A stretch of DNA of 64,000 nucleotides, taken from the IMG/VR virus record IMGVR_UViG_3300049846_000628, positions 124,001 through 188,000 of that record. One strand, written 5' to 3'. Below are positions 50,813 to 60,405 of the stretch, one piece after another (within the stretch, counting starts at the first letter, position 1; every line of letters starts with the position of its first letter). The position numbers were made by a program, and so were the translations under genes. The notes below the pieces were generated by a model. The model saw nothing but the letters and a program-made list of their open reading frames with translations. It was not told the DNA's origin and made no database searches.

Positions 50813-51532
50813 CTAGACGAAAAAAGACGCTAATCCCTCCAAAACAACTTCACTTTCAACACCAGTATTTGGATTCGTAACATTGATTGTATGAGAAAGT
50901 TTAGGCATAGTTTGGAAAAACTTCTCAATCTGTTTAAATTGTTTTGAACTCAATTGCTCTAAGAATTCATTAAGTTCTTTCTTAGTTACATCTGATGCAG
51001 TCCAAGATTCTTCCTGATTATAAATTTGCTCTATGCAAGAAGAAACCATTCCAAATGTATCATCAACACTCATATCATTTTGACTTGAAAAGTTATTCTT
51101 CACAAACTCTTGCATTGATGGATACTTCATTCTTAATGTAAGATCAGCATCCAACTGAATATCTCTAGAATGCTCTGGACTTACAACGACTTGGATATCA
51201 TCTAAATTAATACTTACAGGAACCTGAGTGACTCCATCATCAGGACAAGTAATCAGAACATCAACATCTTCCCCAACAGATTTTCCACGAATATTAAGGA
51301 ACAAATATTCAATATCAAACGTTGATAGTTCGTCAATCTTAACTCCTCTAGTAAGAATACAATTTCCGATAACTGTTTTAATTGCTTCCGAAATTTGTTT
51401 AGGATCCTCACTCTCCATCGCAATGATGAGGATCTTTTCTTCTTTAACTAGAAAGGGGCGATACTTAACTGTTTTCTTTAATGAAGGAATTTCCAACTCA
51501 TAAGTTGGCGTAGCAATTTTTGGTAAAGGCAT
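50813..51532 (-). CDS. gp26: Baseplate hub subunit gp26
   Basis: YRPFLVKEEK, FDIEYLFLNIRGKSVGE. Confidence 0.92.
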   Translation of the reverse strand: MPLPKIATPTYELEIPSLKKTVKYRPFLVKEEKILIIAMESEDPKQISEAIKTVIGNCILTRGVKIDELSTFDIEYLFLNIRGKSVGEDVDVLITCPDDGVTQVPVSINLDDIQVVVSPEHSRDIQLDADLTLRMKYPSMQEFVKNNFSSQNDMSVDDTFGMVSSCIEQIYNQEESWTASDVTKKELNEFLEQLSSKQFKQIEKFFQTMPKLSHTINVTNPNTGVESEVVLEGLASFFV

Positions 51533-51572
51533 ATCAAGATAATGATAGTCAGATAAAAATATTTAGTGGGTA

Positions 51573-52367
51573 TTATTCAATGATGGTTGGGATTACAGAT
51601 CCAGCAGGAGTATAAGTTCTTCTTACACCAGGCTCATTTCCAAGAGATTGTCCCGTTCTGGGAATAAGACGATCTTGATTTTCATTTGGAAGTTGCGGAA
51701 TTGTTGGATCAAGATTAAATCCATCACCATTGAAGATGTTTATACTCATTGCTCTACCAGCAATATAACGATCATATCGGAAAGATATTGAAACTTTTAG
51801 AACATCAGATTGAACATACGAAATTTGTGGAGAACTCATCGCTACTGGCCAAAGACCAATAAAACGATATTCAATCTCAGCATTATAATCCCTATCAAAC
51901 TTAATAATTCTAGTATAGTTTGACTTATAGTATTCTGGATATTGCATCCTCGCAAAATATCCATAGTTAGCCTGACTAACCGATCCTGCTACACCATCAA
52001 TTGGATTATAAGATCCACTAGCAATAAACTCCATCCAAGACTCTATGAATTTCAAAGTTTTATAATTACTATCAACATAAAACTGTAAATCTATCTCATT
52101 GTAAAGTCTAGCAACAGCAAAGTTCTCTTGGACTCCAGTAAAGTTTCCATCAACTTGTTTTGAACTAAATGTAGATGTTGGTAAAGATGCATTAAAACAC
52201 AATAGTCCAGCATCCTCACCAATAAAGAGTGGAGAAATACCCTTGCGACTCACATAATTTCTCAATTCAACAGGCAATCCACCAAACAATACTTGATAGT
52301 GTGATGTTTGGGCTAGATTTGTAAATAGGGGTTTAATATCCGATATTTTACGGGGTTTTGCAGGCAC
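51573..52367 (-). CDS. Tail tube-like baseplate initiator (gp54-like)
   Basis: ASLP..ARLYNEIDLQFYVD..YPEYYK..GLWP; gp19/gp54 pattern and synteny. Confidence 0.65.
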   Translation of the reverse strand: MPAKPRKISDIKPLFTNLAQTSHYQVLFGGLPVELRNYVSRKGISPLFIGEDAGLLCFNASLPTSTFSSKQVDGNFTGVQENFAVARLYNEIDLQFYVDSNYKTLKFIESWMEFIASGSYNPIDGVAGSVSQANYGYFARMQYPEYYKSNYTRIIKFDRDYNAEIEYRFIGLWPVAMSSPQISYVQSDVLKVSISFRYDRYIAGRAMSINIFNGDGFNLDPTIPQLPNENQDRLIPRTGQSLGNEPGVRRTYTPAGSVIPTIIE

Positions 52368-52407
52368 TCTAAATACCCTATATGACTTTTATAGTATAAG
52401 TATTTAG

Positions 52408-52842
52408 ATGGCTTCTTACAAAGGAAAATATAAACCATCTTACCCACAAAAATATAAAGGAGATCCAACAAACATTGTATACAGATCTTTGTGGGAAAGA
52501 AAATTTATGGTTTATTGTGATACGAATCAAAAAATATTAGAATGGGGTAGTGAAGAGATGTATGTCTGGTATAAATCCCCCATTGATGGAAAACCTCATC
52601 GTTATTTTCCAGATTTCTACATTAAAGTCCAAGAAGGAAATGGAAGTATAAAAAAATATTTAATTGAAATCAAACCTCAGAAGCAAACTGTCCCCCCACC
52701 CAAACCACAAAGACAAACTAAAAGATACATTAGTGAAGTCTATGAGTATGCTAAAAACCAATCAAAATGGGAAGCTGCAAGAGAATGGTGTGCTGATCGT
52801 GGATATGAATTTAAAGTAATTACTGAGAATGAATTATTTTAA
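52408..52842 (+). CDS. gp4: Head completion nuclease gp4
   Basis: KYKGDPTNIVYRSLWERKFM, HRYFPDF, IEIKP, NQSKWEAA. Confidence 0.93.
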   Translation: MASYKGKYKPSYPQKYKGDPTNIVYRSLWERKFMVYCDTNQKILEWGSEEMYVWYKSPIDGKPHRYFPDFYIKVQEGNGSIKKYLIEIKPQKQTVPPPKPQRQTKRYISEVYEYAKNQSKWEAAREWCADRGYEFKVITENELF

Positions 52843-52876
52843 TTATAAATAATAGTATATTATTAAAATATAAAAA

Positions 52877-53536
52877 ATGAGTGAATATTATACATATGCC
52901 TATTTGCAAAATAATGGGTTTCCATATTATATTGGAAAAGGCAAAGGAAATAGATTATATGATCATAGAGGTAAAAATTGCAATCCACCAAAAGATAAAA
53001 GTAGAATAATAAAATTAAAACAAAATATAACTGAAGAAGAAGCGTTTAAGCACGAAATTTATATGATTGCTTTATTTGGAAAAAAATGTGATAATACAGG
53101 CATTTTAATGAATATTGCAGATGGTGGAAATGCTCCTCCAACATACTATGGAGAAGATAGTCCAACAAAAAGGTCTGAAGTTAGAGCAAAAATTGGTGCT
53201 GCAAATAAAGTAAGTTTGAAGGGAAGAAAAATTCCAGAAGAGGTAAGAAAAAAGCAATCAAATACTTGGAAAGAGAAATTAAAAAATAATCCAAGACCAA
53301 TATCATATTATACTGAAAATTTAAAAAAAATGGCAGAAAGAAATCGTAATGATAAAAAAAAGCATAGAAAACATAGTGAAATGATGAAAGGCAGACCAAG
53401 TGCCAATAGAAAACCTGTCATTTATGATAGAAAAATATATGCATCTATGACTGAAGCCATAGAAAAGACAAAACTATCTCGTTATCTTATCTTAAAAAAT
53501 GGTGGAATGTTCCTTAATAAAGAAGATATCAAATAA
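52877..53536 (+). CDS. GIY-YIG homing endonuclease
   Basis: YYTYAYLQNNGFPYYIGKG..EAFKHEIYMI..GILMN. Confidence 0.88.
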   Translation: MSEYYTYAYLQNNGFPYYIGKGKGNRLYDHRGKNCNPPKDKSRIIKLKQNITEEEAFKHEIYMIALFGKKCDNTGILMNIADGGNAPPTYYGEDSPTKRSEVRAKIGAANKVSLKGRKIPEEVRKKQSNTWKEKLKNNPRPISYYTENLKKMAERNRNDKKKHRKHSEMMKGRPSANRKPVIYDRKIYASMTEAIEKTKLSRYLILKNGGMFLNKEDIK

Positions 53537-53913
53537 TGCCTAGAAAGACACTTCAACAAAGAAAAATAAATCGCGTTGCTCCTCTTGTTAAAAAACTGAT
53601 TGGAACAGAGAATCCTGATGATTTAATGCTTCAACTGTTAAGTGTACTAACAGAAACAAGCGAACCACCTAGAGTTGGTAGATTTTATATTTTTGTTTAT
53701 AATGCTAAGACTACCAGTATAAGATATGATCAGAATCCATTTGTTGTCGTAACTGCAGTTTATGGATGGGGATTTAGAGGAATTAACTATCACTGGGGTG
53801 AAGAAAGGCAATATACTTGGGATGAGATTGCTGGGGGAATGTATGAAGTGTATAAGGAAGAAGTGGGTGATCTAAGAAGGATACCATTTGGAAATATCCG
53901 TCTAAATAGTTAG
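53536..53913 (+). CDS. gp2-like DNA end protector
   Basis: GRFYIFVYNAKT..YDQNPFV..GFRGINYH; synteny with gp4. Confidence 0.6.
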   Translation: MPRKTLQQRKINRVAPLVKKLIGTENPDDLMLQLLSVLTETSEPPRVGRFYIFVYNAKTTSIRYDQNPFVVVTAVYGWGFRGINYHWGEERQYTWDEIAGGMYEVYKEEVGDLRRIPFGNIRLNS

Positions 53914-53922
53914 AAAACATAA

Positions 53923-54963
53923 ATGGCGGACTCATATACAACTGGACAAAGTATTAGTTCATACGGTTCATTTGGAACCACTTCGCCTACTTCTAATTCT
54001 ACTACTATTACTTCTGGACAAAGTATTAGTGAGTTTGGATCTTTTCAATCTCCTGGAAATACAAAAACGAGTTATTTTAATTATAGATATCCACTCACAA
54101 AACTTACATCAGCAGACGATTATTTAAAGATTGATATATTTGAATATATTCCTCCAGGATTTGAATCTGCAGAAGGAAATTTTGCATTGCCATCTTCAGA
54201 TACTGTGGGATATAATAATCCTATAGGAACGATTATGCTTCCAGTTCCAGAAAGTATCGGAGATAATAATTATACTAATTGGGGAACAAGTGAATTTAAT
54301 CCACTTCAAGCAGCAGCTGCTAGAGTTGCTGGTGGTGTAATTGACGCGAAAACAGCGCAAGATGCACTCAATACAATGACTGGAGAAGTTGATAGAGTTT
54401 TTAAAGCAGCAAAATCTGGAACAACTCAAAAATATTTACAAGCACTTGGAATTAGTTTTGCTTCAAACATTGTTCTTGGTCGTGGAAGTGTAGGGAACAT
54501 AAATGAAGTAGCATCCCGTTATGCTGGTGTAGTCGTTAACTCTAACGTTGAACTAGTCTTTACTGGCGTTAAACTGAGAGATGGATTTGTTTTTACTTTT
54601 GATATCGTTCCTCGTTCCAAGAAAGAATCAGACGAAGTTAAAAAAATTATCAAAACTTTCAAACAAGCAAGTGCTGCTAAAAAAGGAGTTACGGGAGCAG
54701 GAGCTGCTGGATTGTTCTTAAAAGCACCAAATGTATTTAAGATTCAATATATGAGTGGAGGTAGACCACACCCATACTTAAATAAATTTAAAATATGCGC
54801 TCTTCAAGGAGTTGGTGTTGACTATACAGGATCTGGAACTTATGCTACTTACTCAGATTCTACGCCAGTTAATATGAAATTAACTTTAGCATTCCAAGAA
54901 CTCACACCAATTTATGCTGAAGATTATGATACTGCAGAGGGTCAACAAGGAGTTGGTTACTAA
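53923..54963 (+). CDS. gp48: Baseplate tail tube cap gp48
   Basis: I.LPVP.SI.D, N.ELVFTGV.LR.F.F.F...P.S..E, PNVFKIQY, F.ELTPI. Confidence 0.85.
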   Translation: MADSYTTGQSISSYGSFGTTSPTSNSTTITSGQSISEFGSFQSPGNTKTSYFNYRYPLTKLTSADDYLKIDIFEYIPPGFESAEGNFALPSSDTVGYNNPIGTIMLPVPESIGDNNYTNWGTSEFNPLQAAAARVAGGVIDAKTAQDALNTMTGEVDRVFKAAKSGTTQKYLQALGISFASNIVLGRGSVGNINEVASRYAGVVVNSNVELVFTGVKLRDGFVFTFDIVPRSKKESDEVKKIIKTFKQASAAKKGVTGAGAAGLFLKAPNVFKIQYMSGGRPHPYLNKFKICALQGVGVDYTGSGTYATYSDSTPVNMKLTLAFQELTPIYAEDYDTAEGQQGVGY

Positions 54964-55613
54964 TGTCTTACTTCAGAGAACTTCCAAACTTACAATACCA
55001 ATCATTTCTTCCAGATAGTCAATCGTCAGATGATTACATTCTGATTAAAAATCTATTTCGTCGCGTAAAACTTCGTGATGATCTTCAGAATGTCTTTACC
55101 GTGTTTGATAAGTATGAAATTGTTGATGGTGCTCGCCCAGACACAGTTGCAGAAGAAGTTTATGGTAGTTCCCAATATGATTGGGTTGTTATCATTGGTG
55201 CTGGTATTACACGAGTCAGAGATGAATGGCCTCTAAGTGATAAAGAACTTTATGATTATGCTGTCGAATTATATGGTGATGATTTAAATAGCATTCATCA
55301 TTATGAAACAACAGAAGTAAAAGATTCGAAAGGAAGACTCATCCTACCTGCTGGGAAAGTAGTTGATCCAACTTTTACAATTTCTGATCCTGCAGTTCCA
55401 ACAACGACATTAAACCCTGTGGTTGGAATAAGTAACTATGAATATGAAGTTCTAAGAAATAATAAAAAAAGATCTATCTATATTCTAAAACCACAATACT
55501 TACAGCAAGTTCTTTTAGATACAAGAAGAGAGATGACTTACGACCAGTCATCTCAATATGTAAGTAATAACGTAATTAAGACTGAAAATACTAAATCATC
55601 AAACCCATTTTAG
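54963..55613 (+). CDS. gp53: Baseplate wedge subunit gp53
   Basis: YFRELP, KNLFRR, RPDTVAEEVYG..YDWVV, WPLS, IHHYET. Confidence 0.92.
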   Translation: MSYFRELPNLQYQSFLPDSQSSDDYILIKNLFRRVKLRDDLQNVFTVFDKYEIVDGARPDTVAEEVYGSSQYDWVVIIGAGITRVRDEWPLSDKELYDYAVELYGDDLNSIHHYETTEVKDSKGRLILPAGKVVDPTFTISDPAVPTTTLNPVVGISNYEYEVLRNNKKRSIYILKPQYLQQVLLDTRREMTYDQSSQYVSNNVIKTENTKSSNPF

Positions 55614-56189
55614 ATTTAAGTTCTTATCAAAGATCATTACATATCGGTGCTTGCGGGAGCGTTCTTTCCACTCTCCTTCAGCACCTTTTACTTTTCCGCG
55701 AGAGTGTTTAGTTCCGTCTGCAAAGTAGAAATCTTTTTTTGGATCTGTGAGACCTGCATACTTAAAGTTACAAGCCCGATAGATTGTACCACTATGCAAA
55801 CTGCTATCAGCATAAGATATAATTGCTGATACTTTTGTGTCCTTCCGAAACTGTTTAATCGCTTTTGCAACGAACCAAGAAGTAATGTTGTACTCTTGTG
55901 ACTGGACATCTGGATGGATACAAAGTCTGGAGAGTTCAAAGAGTCCTTGTTGTTCATTTCTTTCTAACCCAAACGCTCCTTGTGCTATTTCTGGAACAGG
56001 GAGTCCAGTAAAAATACAAACTCCCTGGATACCACCTATATTTAACGGACAGAACTCATTTTTCTTGAAAAGACCGTAGTTATATCCTGATTTAAAATCT
56101 TTTGAAATATCTTTGAGATAATGAAACCGCAGAAGTAACTCTGCGGCTTCGGATTTACTTACACGGTCAATGTAGTAATCGGATTTCAC
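55599..56189 (-). CDS. Mom-like GNAT DNA modification protein
   Basis: HYL, FELSRLC, ISYADS..H.GTIYRACNFKY.G. Confidence 0.8.
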   Translation of the reverse strand: MKSDYYIDRVSKSEAAELLLRFHYLKDISKDFKSGYNYGLFKKNEFCPLNIGGIQGVCIFTGLPVPEIAQGAFGLERNEQQGLFELSRLCIHPDVQSQEYNITSWFVAKAIKQFRKDTKVSAIISYADSSLHSGTIYRACNFKYAGLTDPKKDFYFADGTKHSRGKVKGAEGEWKERSRKHRYVMIFDKNLNLKWV

Positions 56190-57109
56190 TCCTCAGCAAG
56201 ACGTGCGAAATAACTGAGTGCATCATCATCTTCATCCTCTTCTACTGCCGCAGCACGGCGGGTAGGTTGAAGATTGTTGAGTTCAGTGCGAAGATCTTCA
56301 TCAAGATCTTTCACAGGACCACGGGTGTTATCCTCATCAAACTCTTCAGGATCCTGATAACGGGGAGTACCTTTATTACCCAGCACATAGTCCAGACGCT
56401 TTTTCAGTTCATCATAAGATTTGAACTGATCAGCAGCAATATGCTCAGCAAGAGAATATTGCTTACGCCATACTGCTTCCAGAGCCTCATCATCGTCTAG
56501 AAGAGGAGAAGGATTAGCAAACTCACTGGAATCATAGTTACGATAACCAGCAACGTTCTTCGCCTTCAGTTTGAAGTTAGCACCCTTCCAGAAGTCAAAG
56601 GGATCAATTGCTTCCTCATCTTCAAACTCAGGTTGCATTGCAGCAGTGAGTTTATCAAAGATCTTCTTACCATACTTGAACAGGAAGACCTTACCTTCGT
56701 TTGCAGGATTAGCAGGATCCTTCACCACATAGATGTTGGACACATAGGTGAGTTTACGCTTCTGCTTACGGGCAAGTTCTTTACCAGCATCAGTACCGTT
56801 GTTCCACAGTTCGGAGTTCAGTTCCGACACGGGATCCTTCTGACCCAGAGTAGTCAGAGAATTCTCAATATACCAACCACCAGGACCTTGGAATGCGTGA
56901 CTGTAGAGTTTCACGAAGGGCAGGTCTTCACCTTCGGGAGCGGGAAGGAAACGGATAACGGCATAACCATTGCCGCTTTTATCTACATCCAGTTTCCACA
57001 GACGGTCATCACTAGAACCGCTGTTAGTATTCATTTTTTCAACTTCCTTGACCAGTTTGGCGGTCAGGGAACCAAGTTTAGACTGTTTCTTAAGATCGGC
57101 AAAGCCCAT
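56186..57109 (-). CDS. gp32: Single-stranded DNA-binding protein gp32
   Basis: DDRLWK..DKSGNGYAVIRFLP, GWYIENSLTT, GANFKLK, acidic tail. Confidence 0.96.
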   Translation of the reverse strand: MGFADLKKQSKLGSLTAKLVKEVEKMNTNSGSSDDRLWKLDVDKSGNGYAVIRFLPAPEGEDLPFVKLYSHAFQGPGGWYIENSLTTLGQKDPVSELNSELWNNGTDAGKELARKQKRKLTYVSNIYVVKDPANPANEGKVFLFKYGKKIFDKLTAAMQPEFEDEEAIDPFDFWKGANFKLKAKNVAGYRNYDSSEFANPSPLLDDDEALEAVWRKQYSLAEHIAADQFKSYDELKKRLDYVLGNKGTPRYQDPEEFDEDNTRGPVKDLDEDLRTELNNLQPTRRAAAVEEDEDDDALSYFARLAEE

Positions 57110-57151
57110 TTAGATACCTCGGATAGTTTGGATTCGGGGGATTACTCGGAT

Positions 57152-57180
57152 AGTATAACAGGGTTTCTCTCAGCGGTCAA
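57152..57180 (-). promoter_or_regulatory. Sigma70 promoter of gp32
   Basis: TTGACC-N17-TATACT with extended -10 TG. Confidence 0.8.
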
Positions 57181-57502
57181 TGTATTGCTTGAGAGATTCA
57201 ATCGTCTTGTTCATACTACTGAATAAAACTTGCATATCAGTCTCTGGTGGGAAACCCATCAGGGCAACTGACTTGCGTAGGTTCTCTTTCATTTCAACCG
57301 CTTGAGGGTCGTCTGAAAGGGATAACCTAGTATACATCACTCTCTGCTTTTCTAGCAAGAGCTCAAGTTTCTCAATGTGTTTCAATTTGGTCTCACGGGG
57401 CATTCCACCGAAAGTTAAAATACTTCCGTAGATTTCTTCTTGTAACTTATTAATTTCTTTCAGTTCTTCCTGAATGATATCTGAGTCAAAAAAGTTACTC
57501 AT
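57170..57502 (-). CDS. DUF1825-like conserved protein
   Basis: FFDSDIIQEEL..LLEKQRVMYTRLSLSDDP.A. Confidence 0.75.
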   Translation of the reverse strand: MSNFFDSDIIQEELKEINKLQEEIYGSILTFGGMPRETKLKHIEKLELLLEKQRVMYTRLSLSDDPQAVEMKENLRKSVALMGFPPETDMQVLFSSMNKTIESLKQYIDR

Positions 57503-57554
57503 CTATGATTTCCCGTAAAATTTTCTTATAATTGAACACATCAATATTTAGAAA
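57495..57554 (-). pseudogene. Orphaned original 3' end of gp59
   Basis: Encodes FLNIDVFNYKKILREIIDE*, matching the current gp59 end FIQVDISSYKKILKEIIL* at 10 of 18 positions. Confidence 0.8.
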
Positions 57555-57853
57555 CTGTTTTTTATCCTTTGTTTTCTTTCTCTTGCCCGTTTTTTACGGG
57601 TTTCCCTATCTTTATTATTTTCCCAATACCTCTTTTTTTCTCTAGCCCGTCTAGCTAAAACTTGTTCTTCAGTTAATCCCTTTGCCCACCTTTTCTTTTC
57701 ATAATCTGGATTTTTTTCTCTCCATTTTTGACGAGATTGTTCTCTTTGAACTTCTCTAGATGGAAATTTTTCAGAATCTGTAATTGATATGTCTTCTATA
57801 AAGTCAGGACCATCAATATTAAGGGCACGGTTAATACCTGATACATTTAACAT
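57548..57853 (-). CDS. Basic protein carried by an inserted element
   Basis: 101 aa, Arg/Lys-rich, no nuclease motif, own TATAAATA promoter. Confidence 0.7.
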   Translation of the reverse strand: MLNVSGINRALNIDGPDFIEDISITDSEKFPSREVQREQSRQKWREKNPDYEKKRWAKGLTEEQVLARRAREKKRYWENNKDRETRKKRARERKQRIKNSF

Positions 57854-57941
57854 ATTCTTTTAGTAGGGGTAATACTATTTATATTGTAAAGGCGGGACTT
57901 ACACAAGTCAAATACCCCTACCCGACTTTGCTGCCCGCCAA

Positions 57942-58538
57942 TTATAAAATTATTTCTTTGAGTATTTTTTTATAACTAGAAATATCTACTTGAATGAAAG
58001 GAGAATACTTCTTAATCTTTAAGGAAACACACTCCCACACTGGGTCCAAAAGTTTCTTATCAAAATCTACGGAGAAACGGAATATTTTTTCGTAGATTGT
58101 TAAAGTTTCTAGCGATAACTGCCCGCTTAGAAACTTTTTGAGGACTATTGGATGCCCCTTTGAACAATTCAAAGCATCCTCTAATTTTGTCCCCAAGAAC
58201 AATTCGCTGCTTTGTTCTTTGAATAAGTAACTCAAACTCTGTTGTCTTCGCATCCACTCTGAGTATGTTCTTTCTCCAGAATTGATAATTTCTCCAATCC
58301 ATAAGTTCTGTGGGTTATCTGCTGATACAAAGTTTGATACTAGAAAATCTATAATTTCTTTATCTGAAAATTTGCGACTTGTGCGTTCGAAAAAATATTT
58401 ATCTTTGCGTCGATTAAACGAAGTCATACTCGCACGAGTCTTCGCACCATACTTAAAGAAGTCGTATTTGGGGTTTGTGAAATGATTTTTTAAAGACAAA
58501 TAATGTTGATAGGTTTCAAAGGGTGTCACTTTCAGCAT
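57942..58538 (-). CDS. gp59: Helicase loader gp59
   Basis: YLSLKNHF..YDFFKYG, SF..RKDKYFFE, HPIVLK..SLETL. Confidence 0.9.
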   Translation of the reverse strand: MLKVTPFETYQHYLSLKNHFTNPKYDFFKYGAKTRASMTSFNRRKDKYFFERTSRKFSDKEIIDFLVSNFVSADNPQNLWIGEIINSGERTYSEWMRRQQSLSYLFKEQSSELFLGTKLEDALNCSKGHPIVLKKFLSGQLSLETLTIYEKIFRFSVDFDKKLLDPVWECVSLKIKKYSPFIQVDISSYKKILKEIIL

Positions 58539-58725
58539 CTACAAATCCAGCAAATTCAATATCTTCAATACAATCAACTGTGACTTGGTGTTCACCAATA
58601 CGATACCAGTGTTGATTGAGACCCAAAGTATCTGGATAATAACCAAGATATTCTAAGTCATTCGATTTATTTTCACGCAACCAAGCTTGAAGGCGATGGT
58701 GCATTAGTTCATCACGAGAAATCAT
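58516..58725 (-). CDS. Hypothetical protein
   Basis: 69 aa between gp33 and gp59. Confidence 0.7.
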   Translation of the reverse strand: MISRDELMHHRLQAWLRENKSNDLEYLGYYPDTLGLNQHWYRIGEHQVTVDCIEDIEFAGFVDAESDTL

Positions 58726-58982
58726 AGGGGCAACTTCGCACGCGATGTTTTCTTCATAAAGTTAAGACGAATAGCGTCCCACTTTAACCGTTCCTTTAAA
58801 GGTTTTGAAATGAGTTTTGTTACTGATTCTACTTCAAGATTATTGATTTCGCAATAATGAACAATCGCATCAATATAATTGAGGTTTTCTTCAACAACAA
58901 TCTTTTCAATCTCAAGAGCAAACTTGGAAGGAGTTAGAAACTTGTTCTCAATAACTTGTTCTAGTTCTTTATTCGTTTCCAT
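58722..58982 (-). CDS. gp33: Late transcription coactivator gp33
   Basis: FALEIEKIV..NYIDAIVHYCE..LISKPLKERLK..A..LNFM; start METNK. Confidence 0.9.
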   Translation of the reverse strand: METNKELEQVIENKFLTPSKFALEIEKIVVEENLNYIDAIVHYCEINNLEVESVTKLISKPLKERLKWDAIRLNFMKKTSRAKLPL

Positions 58983-59652
58983 AGAGTTCCAGTTTATCTC
59001 TAACAAACTTTCTAATGTATTCTGTGAGAAGTTTGATGTATTTTGATTTGTTTCGTTCTTCATAGACGACGCATTCTCCATTTTCACAAGCCATAATGAT
59101 TACAAGTTTTTTGACTGAAATACCAGTCAGTTCGTATAGCATACATCCGTAAGCCATACATTGAACAAAATAATGTTCGATCCACTCTCGTGGTTTTGGT
59201 TTTTTAGAAGTCTTAAAGTCGATTATTGCTAGTTCACCATCGTATTCGGCAATGCAGTCAACAGTTCCAGCAATGCCTAGTTGTTTACTATATAAAGACC
59301 CTTCAAGGGCGTAAATATTATTTATACGATTTAAATCTGTCTTTGCAATCTTAAACAGAAAGTCAGATATTGGTTGAACGGGGGGCAGATTTTTATTGTA
59401 AAGATAATTCTCTACAAGAGTATGCATATCAGTTCCACGACTTGTTGCCGCTTTTGTGATACGCTCTGCCTCTTCATTCCCAACTTTCTTTCTCCAATTA
59501 ACAAAAATTTCTTTATTAAAATGACTGGTCACCGAAGTGATGGAGACCAGTCGGAGAAGTTCTTCTTCTGTGGGAACTTTGTAATACCTTACACCATCAA
59601 TAGTCTCCCTTTCAAGGTCGGGGAGGTCAATATCAATATGTTTGAACATCAA
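58969..59652 (-). CDS. PD-(D/E)xK exonuclease
   Basis: SITSV, RGT.MH, AGTVDCIAEYDG...IIDFKTS, Q..AY. Confidence 0.88.
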   Translation of the reverse strand: MMFKHIDIDLPDLERETIDGVRYYKVPTEEELLRLVSITSVTSHFNKEIFVNWRKKVGNEEAERITKAATSRGTDMHTLVENYLYNKNLPPVQPISDFLFKIAKTDLNRINNIYALEGSLYSKQLGIAGTVDCIAEYDGELAIIDFKTSKKPKPREWIEHYFVQCMAYGCMLYELTGISVKKLVIIMACENGECVVYEERNKSKYIKLLTEYIRKFVRDKLELYGNE

Positions 59653-60404
59653 AAACCAGCTTCCATTTTTGCAAGGATGTATTCTTTAACAAGTCCAGAG
59701 CGGACAATATCATCTACACCAAATTCAATTATATCAAAGGAAGGCATTTTACGCAATACCGTCATAAAGTCTACAATACCATTGCGTTCATTTGTTTTCT
59801 GCAAGTCAGACTGAGAAGCATCACCACAGAAACAAATTTTAGTATTTTCACCAACACGAGTGATGATTGAATCTAATTCGTGGAAATTGAGGTTTTGGAA
59901 TTCATCTACAATGATAATGGAATTATCCAAAGTTGTTCCACGAAGGAATGAAGTTGACCAGAACTTAATCGTTTCTTGTGCTTTAAGATTTCCATAAAGC
60001 ATTTCAAACTCGCTGTCGCTAGGCATTTGGAACATATACTTCACCATATTCTTATAGGGAATCTGGTAGATGTCTGCCTTATCATCGTGAGAACCAGGAA
60101 GAAATCCAATTTCACGAGTAGCAACTAAAGAACGAACAATGTAGACTTTTTCGTAAGGACTTCTTTCGTTCAATACATCTTGAATAGCATTATAGAGTGT
60201 GATAAAAGTCTTACCAGTTCCAGCGCACCCATAAGCGACGATATGCTTTTGGTCTTTATAAGAATCAAATAATCTTTTTTGATTATCTGTGAGTGGTTCA
60301 ATATCTACAAGATATTCAGAACTTAATGGTTTTCTACGCTTCATTTGACGGGTTGTTAAACCAACCCCTATTGGTTGGTCGTTCGTCCTTTTTCTTCTAG
60401 CCAT
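59649..60404 (-). CDS. phoH: PhoH-family ATPase
   Basis: GCAGTGKT, EIGFLPG, FLRGTT, IIVDEFQN, GD..QSDL, DIVRSGLV. Confidence 0.96.
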   Translation of the reverse strand: MARRKRTNDQPIGVGLTTRQMKRRKPLSSEYLVDIEPLTDNQKRLFDSYKDQKHIVAYGCAGTGKTFITLYNAIQDVLNERSPYEKVYIVRSLVATREIGFLPGSHDDKADIYQIPYKNMVKYMFQMPSDSEFEMLYGNLKAQETIKFWSTSFLRGTTLDNSIIIVDEFQNLNFHELDSIITRVGENTKICFCGDASQSDLQKTNERNGIVDFMTVLRKMPSFDIIEFGVDDIVRSGLVKEYILAKMEAGF

Positions 60405-60405
60405 A

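Noticed and set aside
53938-54045. Short duplication in the gp48 N-terminus (TGQSISSYGSF / SGQSISEFGSF)
   Set aside because: Real, but probably a neutral duplication in a variable low-complexity tail
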